From assembly GCF_006345805.1 (NCBI RefSeq), contig NC_043010.1:15066001-15130000 (forward strand): DNA of 64,000 nucleotides. Reading direction: 5' to 3'. Positions 37,728-51,234 of this stretch are shown piece by piece. Below the pieces are notes generated by a model that was not told where the DNA came from, ran no database searches, and saw nothing but the letters and a program-made list of their open reading frames with translations. The DNA is from Octopus sinensis. Taxonomy: Eukaryota. The stretch's first letter is position 1. Each line of letters opens with the position of its first letter. The translations under genes and the position numbers were made by a program.

Positions 37728-37773
<46 letters not shown>

Positions 37774-37894
37774 ATGTGTTGTGATCTTTAGATAATAACA
37801 ATAGTATACATATATAATAAATTAATAAATAAAACATATGCATATATACATAAATATATGTACGTACCTACCTCTACATGTATATATACACGCC

Positions 37895-38072
37895 TATATG
37901 GGTACAGGACACCAAAACAAAAACGTCGAACACAATGAGAAACGAAAACATAAACACAAAACCAAGGAACTGGACATTTTTCTTAAACAACGAAAAAATA
38001 GAGTACAGGACAAATAAAACAAGGAAAATTCTCCTTCTTCAGTCGCCATGGTTTCATCTACTCTGCGTTATA
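37895..38072 (-). mobile_element. Dispersed repeat, PLE-terminal-like (related to 57515-57705)
   Basis: Reverse complement matches 57515-57705 (GAGTAGATGAAACC.T.GCGACTGAAG). Confidence 0.5.
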
Positions 38073-38590
38073 ATAAAATGAGAGAATATTATTCCAAACT
38101 TATATATATATATATACATGCATATATGCACACATGCATGCGCATTAACACAACACTCACACAAACTCCTACCCTTATATAATTTTTCTCTCCACTACGA
38201 AGAATATGTGGCTTACGTAAATTATTGCTGAAGGCATCCTGGGACGTGAGAGTACACTGAAAGAATACTGGGAAGTAAGTGAAAGTATATATGAGAAAAT
38301 ATAGTGAAATCATATAAACAGTAACTTCTCGTGAAAATTCGTCTTAAGAACCTGAAGACTATTTGGAATTTTAATATGCAATATAAATTAAAAAGATGCA
38401 GAATGCACATGGAGATTGAAATATGGATCAAGACACAACAAAAAGTACATAGGATAAGAATATCATTCGAGGAACTACAAATAGTAGTAACCACTAAATA
38501 ATAATATCAATCGTGAGAGGCTTTCTAGCTATGGTTCACATAGGAGACTAGACAAATGCTTAGTTATAATAAAAGGTAGCTGTAATAACA

Positions 38591-38918
38591 GGCGCCTGGC
38601 TCAGTGGTTAGAGCGTCGAGCTTACGATCGTGAGGTTGTGAGCTCGAATCCCGGATCGGGCTGCGTGTTGTGTTCTTGAGCAAGACACTTTATTTCACGT
38701 TGCTCCAGTTCACTCAGCTGTAGAAATGAGTTGCGACGTCACAGGTGCCAAGCTGTATCGGCCCTTGCCTTTCCCTTGGACAACATCGGTGACGTGGAGA
38801 GGGGAGACCGGTATGCATGGGCGACCGCTGGTCTTCCATAAAACAACCTTGCCCAGACTTGTGCCTTAGAGGGTAACTCTCTAGGTGCAAACCCATGGTC
38901 AGTGTCTGACCGAAGGGG
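38591..38918 (+). mobile_element. SINE family D
   Basis: A/B boxes, TGTGTTCTTGAGCAAGACACTT core, conserved tail. Confidence 0.9.
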
Positions 38919-39080
38919 GCCACCACCACAATAACAATAGTAACGATAGCTCTAAGAATGGTATCTACCATACAGACAAAAGTTTAATTAAAATATCAAT
39001 GCAGATATGATGCCTGCAGTACTATGATCGCTAAAATTCAATTGCAGTCTGGCTAGTTAAAACAGTATGTAATAATAAGA

Positions 39081-39496
39081 GGATCTTTTCGGTCTGAACG
39101 GCAGTTTTTTCTAGCGGTGTCATATGAAATTGTCACCCATAATTATGACCCTAGTATTGCATTTCAATCTGTTTTAGGGTTAGGGTTAGGGTTAGGGGTG
39201 GAGGAAGGGTATCTATTTTTCTTCACAAATGTAAATAAACTCAATCTGTTTCTTAAACAAGGGACATATTCATACGGCACAGAATGATTTTTACTTCAAT
39301 AGACGTCAGTGATTGGTTGAAATTGCAGAAATTGAAAAAAAAAACGACAACAAATATCTTACAAACTATAGAATTTTCTCAATAAAGCCAAGAGAAAAAG
39401 ATGTTTTATAAACACATTCTACCAGTATACGAAGTTTAAAATTCTTTAGTTACCTAGAAATTATGTTAAAAACTGCCGTTCAAGCCGAAATGATCC
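39081..39496 (+). mobile_element. MITE with GGATC TIRs, 8-bp TSD and internal (TTAGGG)4
   Basis: TIR GGATCTTTTCGGTCTGAACGGCAGTTTTT / AAAAACTGCCGTTCAAGCCGAAATGATCC; TSD TAATAAGA at 39073-39080 and 39497-39504. Confidence 0.9.
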
Positions 39497-39719
39497 TAAT
39501 AAGAGAAGAGCTATGATCTCTAAAAGACTAGAAATGTATATAGAAATAGATTGGAATAAGCCCAATAACGATAGAATGCCAATGACTAGTCAGAGTAAAT
39601 TAGAAAGTTAGACATTATAACAAGAGTGGTAGGATCCTTATTTACTCTCTGTAAGGGCAGACAACCATTTAACTAAATTAAAAAGATTATGTAAAACGCC
39701 AAACGTAATCAGTTTTGGC

Positions 39720-39910
39720 ACAAGACAAGCAATTACGACGGATGAGGATGTCGATTACATCCATCCCAGCGCTTATCTGATATTTATTTCATGGACCCCG
39801 AAAAAATGAAAGATGAAAGTTAACCCCAGTGAAACTAGAGCTCTGAATGTAAAGAGTCGGAAGAAATGCCACTAACCACGCGTCTGGTGTGGCAATGATT
39901 ATACCAACAC
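39720..39910 (-). mobile_element. SINE family C, old diverged copy
   Basis: Degenerate central domain. Confidence 0.5.
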
Positions 39911-39974
39911 TCCGCCTTTAATAAAACACAAATCAAAGTTAGACCAGAATAATTCTAAAGTATTTTTTATTAAG

Positions 39975-40374
39975 AACTAGCAGTATCGCCCGGCGTTGCT
40001 TGGGTTTGTAAGGGAAATAACTATATAAGCAATTTTAGAGAGTCATAGCCAAAAAAATAGCAAAAAAATGCATTCAAAATGGGAAAAAAATGATGGTAAA
40101 TTTTTTTAAATCGTTGACTCATCGTAGACATTTTTAGAGAGTTACTTCCCTTATATAATAGTGAAAAAATGCATTAAAATGGGAAAAAATGATGGTAAAT
40201 TTTTTTTTTAATCGTAGACTCATCGTAGACGCGCGCTAATACCCAGAAGGGCTCGATATGAATCACGACTATAAGATACCCGGTTTTGGTTAAACTGCAC
40301 CGCAAAATGTGGGAGTAGTTAGGAATCTAAATCGTAGGAGACAGACACACAACTTCTCTTTTATATATAAAGAT
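39975..40374 (+). mobile_element. Non-autonomous Helitron/Helentron-associated (HINE-like) element
   Basis: 5' AACTAGCAGTATCGCCCGGCGTTGCT, 3' ACAGACAC..CTTTTATATATA; internal ~75-bp duplication. Confidence 0.6.
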
Positions 40375-41489
40375 AGCTAAATAGCAAGGTTTTAGAGATC
40401 TAGGATACAGTGCAATGAAACGTATTAGAACGCAAAATGATTAATTGTAATTGATCCTGAAGGTAGGGAACCCAGGCTCAAGTAAAAACCATAGAGTCCA
40501 GACAGGAAATAGCAATATCAAGATAAAAAACACAGTTATGATTTGTAACATTGTCACAAGACTAAAAGTTTTAGTAGATTGGTGAAGAATGGTGGAGGTG
40601 GTAGTTGTGGTAGTGGTGGTGGTAGTGTAATGCGAATCTGTGTAGTCGATTGAATGTCAAAGAGTTCCTGGAGAGATGTGTAGTGGATGAAATGTCAAAG
40701 AATGTTATTAAGTATTGCAGGGAAATAGAAATGAAGATAAAAAGGTAAAGAGAATACAAAAGAAGTAATAACAGGGAAGATTAATAAATATACAATATAC
40801 TGGGATGTGTTTAATAATTCTCCCTGTTATATCTTCTATCGGATATATCAATCAAATAAAAGAAACACAACAGATTGTTTGGAAATAATAATCAAAGGAA
40901 ATTCTATAAACAATTGAAGTGTCTGAAGAATATTAAAACCACAAAGCTGTTGTCATTGTGTGGCCCCAAGTGGGCTCCGCTACAACAAACTTATGACCAA
41001 AGACACTCCTATGATGTTTATTGCGTCTTTTATTAAGCCATTGTGTAAATGGAACTGCGTTGTCAAATGTTCGTGTCCGCTGTTTGTCAGGCACTCAACT
41101 ACATTAATTGAAATTTGGCTGTTCCAGTTTTAGGACCACCACTTGTCACATTGCGAGCCTTTAGCAGGGTTCCCTCTGGTGCATGTATAGGGATCAGCTC
41201 TTCGGTTTCAGGATACAATACTCGCTTTTTCTTCTCGGTACTGGAGACCCTATAAAAGAGCACAAACACTGCCTTCACTTCTGACTAAAAAAATAAACTT
41301 ATATGGTAAAGTTACTTATAAATACTATCATTGACTCTTAGAGGAGTCAAAGCAACACGGATCAAGTATTTAAAATAAGAAACTAGAATATAATACATAT
41401 TGAAGATAAATACAACTGATAACGAAAGATCTTAAAAGCACACTTTAATTTACAAAGCATTTAAAAGACTAATGAATATAAATTTCTTT

Positions 41490-41705
41490 CCTACCCATAA
41501 GGGGCTAAACACAGAGAGGACAAACAAGGACAGACAAAGGGTTTAAGTCGATTATATCGACCCCAGTGCATAACTGGCACTTATTTAATCGACCCCGAAA
41601 GGATGAAAGGCGAAGTCGACCTCGGCGGAATTCGAACTCAGAACGTAACGGTAGACAAAATACTGCTAAGCATTTCGGCCGGCGTGCAAACGATTCTGCC
41701 AGCTA
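41490..41705 (-). mobile_element. SINE family C
   Basis: Consensus match. Confidence 0.9.
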
Positions 41706-41759
41706 GCAAACTTGGAAATTCAAATCTCATACAGTTTAATATTTCTTAAAAACTTGACA

Positions 41760-42690
41760 AGTGATAATATATTTTGCTCAGTGTTGAACAGGGGTTGTAC
41801 TTATAAATAGAAGCGAATGATGGAAAAGAGGGAACCGTCTCTATAGTGAGGTTTAAAACACAGACAACTGAAGGGAACATTTATTGGTCTATAAGTTGTT
41901 TACTGCCAATGTAGAAAATAACAGGCAAGGTTGATATTGGGGTAGGTTTCTTTATAGAAATATCACAGCAACCGTTTTAGGATTTGAAGATATATCAAAG
42001 GAGATCACTGTCGAGAGGTGCCCTGATGTATATTGATGGATGAATAATCTTCAAAAGAAGATTTGTTTTTTCTAGCTCCGAGCTGCCGAAACTAGTAAGG
42101 AGAGTACAGGAGGTGGTCGAAAAAGCCAGCTTCTATATATGGCTGAAGCGGGAAGACCGAAAATGGCTTGAAAGTCATAACATGCCGGCGGGAAATAACA
42201 TCATTAGGTAAGACAAGCTGACACTGAATCAGCTTCGCTGACTGACAGGTGACGGTCGTTTAGAGAATGCTCGGGCTAAAACTACGCGCCTTCACTAGTC
42301 AGTTAAGGTGAAACAGTGTCACGTGACAACTTGCTGAGGCTGCCTGCTGGAGCCTAGCGGCAGGTATTTAAAGGGAAAATTTGACAAGTCAGTCAGTCAC
42401 CGGCTGACACTCGCTAACGATACATCGAAGAGGCCAGGGAACAGAAGGAAGAAGAAAGAAGACATGCACCCAACACCAGAGCTGAAGACACCTCCGATGG
42501 GGGGGGGGGCACGTCAAAACGGTGGAGGAGTAGGGGCTGAAACTGGATGTGGTTCCTCCTGATGATCTCTTGAGCCAACTGGATCCTATAAAGGAGCTGT
42601 TGTGGTAGCAGACCACGAAACACGGTTGTAATTCCTGAGGGTGGTTGTGAAAGATAAAATCAAGACATTAACAATAGAATGAACAAGCAG
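41760..42690 (+). mobile_element. HERO/NeSL-like LINE C-terminus and probable 3' UTR
   Basis: LVRRVQEVVEKASFYIWLKREDRKW at 42083-42180 (typical A.E.AS.WIWL.R...W end), followed by a GC-richer unique tract. Confidence 0.5.
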
Positions 42691-43508
42691 TCTGGAAAAA
42701 CAGTCATTATGTTATCAACCATTTCCAGATTCTAAATTGCAAAGAAATGTTCTGCATCCATGATGGAATTAGATTTTTTCTGAGGTGAATTGTCTTTCGC
42801 CTTAGTGAGATGAGCTGATATATTGTCAGGGAGTTTCGGGTTAAATTGTAACAAATTGAATTATTTTCAAAGGAGAAACGAAAGCCCACATGCTATATTC
42901 CAAACGTTAGAAGATATTTGATCTTTTTCCTACAGTCTCGTATATATTTCATCGGGAATATTGGGATACGATTTGATATTGATATGTGAGTCTTGCTTGT
43001 AATGAAGGGAAATAAACGAGAAAGGTGTGAGGAAAGTCTCTTTCGAAACAATGTAATAAAAGTACTGGAGGAGAGTGGAGGATATAGATGCTTCTATTGA
43101 ATGATGAAGGATGACGGGTGTGAAATGAGAAAATGAATAGAAAAGCTGGGGAAAAATACAAGATGGTCAGAGAGATCATAAACCACAATTGAATAGAAAT
43201 ATCATCATTAAGATAATCAACATGTGAGCCATAGAGATATACTGTTACCATACAGCTTTTCTTCAGTGGACTAATGCTGAACTGCACACAACAAGATTAT
43301 GTGAACAAGGAACAACAGGTTATGATCACAAATCAGTATCTCTAGACGCCTTCTTACTCTCTCATTCGTTCTGTGCATATGTAGGTGTATGTGCTTGCGT
43401 GTGTGTGTGTGTGTATGTGAGTATACATATATACATAGATGTATGCGTATAATCACATACGTACATGCATGCATACATACATACGTACATACACACACAC
43501 ACACACAC

Positions 43509-43539
<31 letters not shown>

Positions 43540-43545
43540 TATATA

Positions 43546-43829
43546 GTGGACTCGCGGTCGTAGGATCGCGGTTTCGATTCCCAGACCGGGCGTTGTGAGT
43601 GTTTATTGAGCGAAAACACTTAAAAAAGCTCCACGAGGCTCCGGCAGGGGGTGGTGATCCCTGCTGTACTCTTTCACCACTCTTTCTCCCACTATTTCTT
43701 CTGTTGGCCTGCTCGTTTAGCCAGCGGGGTGGCGTCATTCGAAGGCTAAAACAATGCGAACGCATTGTGACCAGCGATGTGTAACTACATCTGATGGACT
43801 GGTCGGTCGCGTGATCACGTGATCACGTG

Positions 43830-43831
<2 letters not shown>
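43546..43831 (+). mobile_element. SINE family A, slightly 5'-truncated
   Basis: Matches the 27034 copy; (TCACGTGA)2 tail. Confidence 0.9.
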
Positions 43832-43888
<57 letters not shown>

Positions 43889-43892
43889 CATA

Positions 43893-44320
43893 TAGGCGTA
43901 GAAGTAGCTGTGTGGCAAGTAGTTTGCTTACCAAGCACATGGTTCCGGGTTCAGTCCCACTGCGTGGCATTTTGGGCAAGTGTCTTCTTCTTTAGCCTCG
44001 GGCCGACCAAAGCCTATGAATGGATTTGGTAGACGGAAACTGAAAGAAGCCCGTCGTATATATGTATATGTATATGTATATACATTTGTGTGTGTGTGTA
44101 CGTGTGTTTGTGTGTCTGTGTTTGTCCCCTAGCATTGCTTGATAACCGATGCTGGTGTGTTTACGTCCCCGTCACTTAGCAGTTCGGCAAAAGAGACCGA
44201 TTGAATAAGTACTAGGCTTACAAAGAATAAGTCCTGGTGTCGATTTGCTCGACTAAAGGCGGTGCTCCAGCATGGCCGCAGTCAAATGACTGAAGCAAGC
44301 AAAAAGAGACAGAGTAAAAG
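43893..44320 (+). mobile_element. SINE family B
   Basis: Full-length consensus match. Confidence 0.92.
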
Positions 44321-44905
44321 ATATATATATATATATATATAAGCACACATACATAAATTCATTTATATACATATAAATATATATGTGTGTGTCTGTGTGT
44401 GTAGGGGGAGAAGACAGAAACACAGCACTACTGAATACAAAGAGACTAGTAAAGATGGCAGATACAGGAACAGAAAAGTATGTTAAAAAACAGAGGATGG
44501 CCTTACATGCGCTGGTAAAAATATCACTGGCGAAAAGGAATATGGAGAAGAAAGATGGAAAAGATAACGACAAACGATAAACAACAACAATAAAATTTAA
44601 GGAAAAAGATAACGCGAGAAAAATGTAGAAGTTGTATAAATGGAGAAAAAGTTTTAGATGATCATATTGTCACGCAAACGACATATATAGTGAGAACAGC
44701 CAAAAGAAAATATATAAGCTCATAGATTTAGCTATAATATATGTTAGGAGTATGTAGAAGTGAAAATAAGCAATCCTACCTTAACCCCAGTTAATAGAAT
44801 ATAGAACTGTGACTCAGGTGGAAGGGTTATGGAAGTGTGACATTCGGTATTGTATATCGTACTAAAGATAGTCTGTTCAATGGTCTTATTGACTGATAAT
44901 TATTT

Positions 44906-45474
44906 TATTGGGTTGTCCGGAAAGTTTTTGCCGATTTATAGTAACTTACCTTTCGACTTACTTTAGAACATGGTCGAGTCCATAAAATAGAATTTGATTA
45001 CACCTCCATTTAGAGCACAGTTCAAGCTATCTTTTCGTGGAAGAGGGTTTATGTTCCTATAACCTGGTGTTAATTCTGCAACCCTTTAAAATTGGAAGAT
45101 AAGAAAGTTCATTTTCGGCAATTGATGCTTTGAAAACCAGACAAAAATTGCTTCAGCTCGGCTGGGATGTGTTACCCCACACTCCATATTCACCAGATAT
45201 TGTTCCTTTGGGTTTCCACTTATTCAGGCCTCTGCAGAATAGTCTTAATAGTAAACATTTCAATTCCTTGGATGACGTAAAAAGATACCTTAATGAATTC
45301 TTTGTCATGAAACCACCTCAATTCCGGGAAGATGGTAGTTTCAAGTTAAAGGAATGATGGAGACGCATTGTGCAATAAAATGGTTCATATCTGGTTGATT
45401 AAAAATGTAATGGCAAGTATTTATTGACCTTTATCTGTCCTTTAAAGATCAGCACAAACATTCCTGAAAATATT
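44906..45474 (+). mobile_element. Internally deleted mariner element
   Basis: TA-TTGGGTTGTCCGGAAAGT left TIR and degenerate right TIR ~45446-45472; WDVLPHTPYSPDIVPLGFHLF (HPPYSPDLAP.D.HLF motif). Confidence 0.85.
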
Positions 45475-45844
45475 GGGAGAAGATATTCTCGTACTAGAGA
45501 CCTGATCCGAATTGATTGTAATACTATAAATGCCTTTAGAGCCTGTCAGAGCGTGAGGTCTTGGTTCCACCCCAAGTAAGGTGCGGCGGAATTTGAATTC
45601 ACAACGCCAAGAGCTTCAACGGCATCTCCATCTCAAGTTCTTACAGCTCTATCAAATCACCATTCTTTGTATCTGAGGAAGAAAAAGTATAAATTATAAA
45701 TAAGAATGCGAGGTAACAATTATGTAATATGGCTGTGTTTATCCCCTGTATTGTAAAACGTATGGACATTGTTAATCTTTAGACCATGACATCGGGCGGA
45801 GGGGGTCACTGCTTTGAAGAATCTTAATGGAGAGAATCAACGCC

Positions 45845-45983
45845 ACTACTTGCTTTTCATGCCTCGTACTTATTTCATCGCTCACTTTTGCCCAACCGTT
45901 AGGTTACGTGGCGGTAAACACACCAACACCGGTTGGCAAGCAGTGGTAGGGACAAACACACACACATACACGCGCACTTTCTG

Positions 45984-46044
<61 letters not shown>

Positions 46045-46205
46045 AACAAACATGCGACGGACTTCTTTCAGTCTCGCTCTGCCAAATCCACTCACAAGGC
46101 TTTGGTCAGCCTCATGTTATAGAAAAAGACACTAGTCCAAGGTGCCACACAGTGAGACTGAACCCGGAACCATGAGGTTCGGAAGCAAACCCGCACACCT
46201 GCGCC
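45845..46205 (-). mobile_element. SINE family B, diverged
   Basis: Partial consensus match. Confidence 0.75.
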
Positions 46206-46689
46206 CTATAGTGATATAGAATAATTGCAGCACAGTGGTAAAGTTGTAAAAGAAAAAATTGCTATATTTTATTATAAAGACAACCAATTCTACTCCTACC
46301 CACACGGGGCAATATAAACTGCGGCCCGCGTGACTTTCTGAATAACAAGTCTAACAAAAATTTACCTCGAACTTTTTTAGTAGTGTAGGCCACCAGATGA
46401 TGATTCATGTTTCAGGAGGCTCGCTTTTCTAAGCAGGTCACACATGCTTAATGGAAAACCTTCAAAAATCCATGAGGTTATAGATGCATCGCAGTCTATA
46501 AATCTCGAGACATTCAGCACCGTACAATAAGTGGTTTGCACAACAGCTTCATTTGTTTACATTCTTCTTGATATAAGAAGACACCTCAATCATTCGAAAC
46601 CGATTCTACGTACTCGCAAACACATACACAGATGTATACATGCACATACACACATATACATCCTTGAATACATACATACATGATGGATG

Positions 46690-47165
46690 CCCCCTCGTTA
46701 TCGAGTATGGCCATTGCACGAAGCTTAACTGTTATTGGTGCTGTGATCGAATGGGACTTTTTAGCCAGCTAAAGATCTACAATGTCTTGTATAGAATTGG
46801 CAGCTAAAACCTTTACCGGCAGTAGCCGGCTGTAGTTGTAACTGGGCTTCATGTACTTTTGCATGTCGTTTAAGTCCTTCTACCGAATTACACTCTCTTC
46901 CACATGCCCGACAGATATGATTAGTATGGTGTGTTATACCACCACCAGAGGCCGGGTTGTCACTCCTCTGTCTCGCTTTATGACTACGAAGATGACTCTT
47001 GAGTCCAGCTTTACTGAGGCAGGGTCTTGCACAGACACTGCATGTCAGCATCATAGGAAGACCCTTACCATCTGGAAGTGTAACAGCGATGCCCTTCCTG
47101 ACATCCCTCCTTACTTTCTCATGTGCAACTCGAGATTTCTCAAAAGTGGCTGTCACTTCATACAT
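46690..47165 (-). mobile_element. RTE-like LINE 3' end with tandem C2H2 zinc fingers
   Basis: ATFEKSRVAHEKVRRDVRK...CSVCARPCLSKAGLKSHLRSH...CRACGRECNSVEGLKRHAKVH...CQFYTRHCRSLAG*. No TGEKP linkers; short tail ends in (ATGT)n. Confidence 0.6.
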
Positions 47166-47612
47166 AAATAAATACATACATACATGTATACATACATACA
47201 TACATACATACATGCATGCATGCATACATACATACATACATACATACATACATACATGCAAACGCACATACATAAAATTAAACAACAGACCAAAAAGTAA
47301 TTATCTAAGCAGAGAGAGAGAAGAAGCTATGCACTGTAGCTGAAGTCAGTTGCCCGGCAGATATCAACAAAATATTAAAGGTTAGTGAAAAAACAGAACA
47401 TCTGTACTGACCTGAAGAGAAATTTGCTAGTATTTCACCTGGACTATAACGTTAGATTTTCACCAATAATTGCTGCAGCACTTGGATATCTGACTGACTG
47501 CGTCAGTACCAGTATCAAGAAGCTAGTATTTATAAATCCAGACAGAAAAAAACACACAAAAAAACACGTCTGATTTGAAAACTAGAGCTTCAAGCTATCA
47601 AAGGTTTTGTTA

Positions 47613-47830
47613 AAAAGCGGTGAGCTGGTAGAATCGTTAGCATACCGGGTGAAATGCTTAGCGGTGTTTCATCTGTCTTAATGTTCTGAGTTCAAATACC
47701 GCTGAGTTTCACTTTGCTTTCATCCTTTCGGGATCAATAAATTAAGTACCAGTTGCGTACTGGTGTCGATCTAATCGACTGGCCTCCTCTACCCAAAATT
47801 TCAGGCCTTCTACCTACAGTAGAAAAGAAG
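47613..47830 (+). mobile_element. SINE family C with alternative tail
   Basis: Tail CTGGCCTCCTCTACCCAAAATTTCAGGCC. Confidence 0.85.
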
Positions 47831-48120
47831 GTATGGTTAAACTGTATAGAATATATATGAACCTGTGTATAATACAAGTTACAATGTGTGGTTAAGATGA
47901 TCGCTTTGTAACTAGGTGGATTCGAGTTCTGTCCCACTGATATAACGTCAGAGGTAGCCTATAGAAAGAGGAGGTATAAAGTAAAGAAAAACTAAATAAA
48001 TGAGAAGTATATGACTATATGTATATAAAATAAAACCATACAGACTTGGAAAATGATTTATCTAATGAGTGTCAAATGTAAGAAGAAAATTAGTGATTAA
48101 ATTATATATGATAATAGATA

Positions 48121-48510
48121 TCACTTATATGAACTAAAGGTGTGTTTCTGCCAATGTTTACATCGATATACACGCTTTATAACCGTGTTTACAAGGGGAC
48201 TTTTAGAAAAAAGAATTAAAAATAGTTCAGAATTACAGAGAAGACATATTTTCTTGCCTTTGTCATAAGGTGTTGAGATTGAGAGAATCAACCAATCTAA
48301 ATTAAACTGTTTATTGTGGTCTTTTAGTTCCCAAATTAATTTACTAAGCCCTGTACTGTTACGTTTATTCCTATCCCTAAATGTCGAGTAATGATTAGAA
48401 ATTCTTCTAGATAACTGTGAAGACGTGCTTCCAATATAAAAATATACGTGATTAGGAGTAGTAATTTTAAACTGGTATATAGAATTTTTAATTTTAGAGT
48501 TACCTGACAT
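48121..48510 (-). pseudogene. Penelope-like retroelement GIY-YIG endonuclease domain (3' end of ORF)
   Basis: SIYQFKI...FYIGSTS..RRISNH...LSKLIWELKD...WLIL...PYDKGKKICLLC...LVN..RCKH matches the PLE GIY-YIG C-terminus. A degraded upstream remnant (FPTLKISY) extends to ~48780. Confidence 0.85.
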
Positions 48511-49458
48511 AAACTTGATTTTGTTGTAATTGACTTCAGATAAAATAACCTTGTTATTAATATTTCTTGAGGGATGGATAGTATTAGCTAAATTAATGTT
48601 AGTATTAGTAAATATATTAATATTTAACAGGTTGTTATTATGTGAAGAGATAATTTGTAAGAGATTTTTAGTGTTGGAAAACCAGGCCTAACCGTATGTG
48701 AATTTACCAGCGCAAGAACAAAATTTAATGTAAGAATTACCACTTTTGTTAACAAAATCCTCACATATTTATCAATTATTTTCGCATCCTAACAGATGCA
48801 GCTATCTATATTCGCATTCTGAAGAGATATACTTAAACCAGTAAATTGAAACGATCGTAAATGGTATCTTCATCTCTACTTCTCACCTCTTTGTTATCTA
48901 ATTAATTAAAGACGTACCAACGAAAACCACGAGTTTTCCAATGTTATTTTATCCATTTTCTTCTAATATATATATATACATATATATATATATTTGTGTC
49001 TGTGTGAGTGCGTGTGTGGGTGTGTTTGCGTTTGTGTTATGAAATTAATACCAGCAATAAATATATAAGTGCTTCCATATATGTCTGTTTGTGTGTGAAC
49101 ATATGTGTATATGTGAATATATTATTTGTTAATTAAAATAATTCGTGACAAACCACCGTTTTATTTTTCATTCAGTAGAATTTGTCAAACGTTTGACAAG
49201 TTCTATCTTACGAAGCAAATAGTTATTTGCCACGAATCATTTTAATTAAGAAATAAATATTTATTCCCGGCGTCACACAACGTCGTCTTGACTCACTTGT
49301 TTCATAGTGACTACTTGACTACTACCTTCATAGTGACTACCTTCATTAGTATCCATTTGCACACGCACACACCCACACGTGCACACATACAAACACACGC
49401 ACACACACAAAAAGAGAGATAGATATGTTGATAGACAGATAGATAGAGAGTGAGAAAC

Positions 49459-49492
<34 letters not shown>

Positions 49493-49689
49493 AATAATGT
49501 TCGTTTTTATGTTTAGTTAAAATATAAACAATTTTACATTAATCTGAGGAGTTACTCCATAATTCGAAGCCACTGTGAACAACAAGAATATTGTTGATAG
49601 TGACTTCGAATTTTCGGCCAGTTAAGCCATCGTTGGATTCCATAGTTTGATTATAGGAGCATTTTTGTTCTGCCTTTAACCCTCCAACG

Positions 49690-50010
49690 CGGAGTATAGG
49701 CCACTTATAAATGAATTCCATGTCGCATAATTTTTGGCTTCTGTACTTATCCTCTGCCATGAATGTCCCCCCCTTCTCTAGTTCCTTTTGTGTTGATCTC
49801 CGCCACGAGTTCTTAGGCCAACCTCTCCTTCTGTATCCATCCGGTTTCCACTTTAAATCACTTTTCGCTACATTTGGTGCGTCTTTTTTAATTGTGCTAC
49901 CAATCCACTTCCACTTTTTCTTAAATATTTGCTCCCTAATCGAAACTTCATTCGTTCTTTGCCATAGCTCCATATTGTTTACGTGTTCGAGCCATGTAAT
50001 TTTAAGTATA
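49690..50010 (-). pseudogene. RTE-clade LINE ORF C-terminal fragment
   Basis: ILKITWLEHVNNMELWQRT...KKWKWIG...LKWKPDGYRRRGWPKNSWRR. Confidence 0.75.
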
Positions 50011-50545
50011 CTACTCACATTAACGTATACTTATTTTAAATATACATTTTCAGTATACTACTCATATCAAATCAAAGCTAGCAGTTAGCTCGTACTTTTT
50101 ATTCTTTATGAAAATTTCTAGCTAAATGTGCTAAATTATTTACTGAAAATTTCATTGAAAATACTGTGTTGAAAATGTCGTAATTACTCTATTTTTGTCT
50201 CGCTGAACGGCGAGCTCACGTTGACATAAGCAAAGAAACACTTATTGCGAAGCAGTGGTGACACAGACACAAAGACCATTATTTGATATCGGGTCGTTTC
50301 CCTTACACAATAGACGCCAAGCCGATTTTACCCTTTGATCCGTTACATATTTAATTACGACACATAAAATTCAGCCGACCTAATCCCGAGCGGAGACGTG
50401 ATTGTCTCCGTTTTTCTGACCGTTTACTCATACATTTTACTGTCCATGAAAATCTGAGAAATGATGCAGAGAATCACCAACTGATTCATAATGAATGATT
50501 TTTTTCTTTTGTTTGCGCACATATATAAATGTGCGTGTATATATG

Positions 50546-50599
<54 letters not shown>

Positions 50600-50776
50600 C
50601 ATACATATATATATATATACATATATATATACATATACATACATATATATTACATACATATATATATATATTATACATATACATACATATATACATATAC
50701 ATACATATATATATACATACATACATATATACATACATACATACATATATACATACATACATACATACATATATAC

Positions 50777-50825
<49 letters not shown>

Positions 50826-50844
50826 CATATATATAATTGTGTGT

Positions 50845-51163
50845 GGAGACGCAATGGCCCAGTGGTTAGGGCAGCGTACTCGTGGTCGTAGGATCGCGGT
50901 TTCGATTCCCAGACAGGGCGTTGTGAGTGTAAATTGAGCGAAAAGTAAACACATAAAAATGCTCCACGACGCTCCAGCAGGGGGTGGTGGCGATGCCCGC
51001 TGTACTCTTTCGCCACAACTTTCTCCCACTCTTTCCTCTGTTGGCCTGCAGGCTTAGCCAGCGGGGTGGCGTCATTTAAAGGCTAAAACAATGCGAAGCG
51101 CATAGGGACCAGCGATGTGTAGCAACATCTGATAACCTGGTCGGTCACGGTGATCACGGTGAT
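50845..51163 (+). mobile_element. SINE family A
   Basis: Full head, core and tail. Confidence 0.9.
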
Positions 51164-51182
51164 ATATATATATATATATATA

Positions 51183-51234
<52 letters not shown>

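Noticed and set aside
42530-42650. GAAAC...CTGATGA...CGAAAC motifs suggesting a hammerhead in the HERO-like 3' UTR
   Set aside because: I could not build consistent stems I-III or an NUH site in either permutation.
42700-43270. Possible APE-endonuclease remnant (LSDH) on -
   Set aside because: Only a single short motif amid stops; insufficient support.
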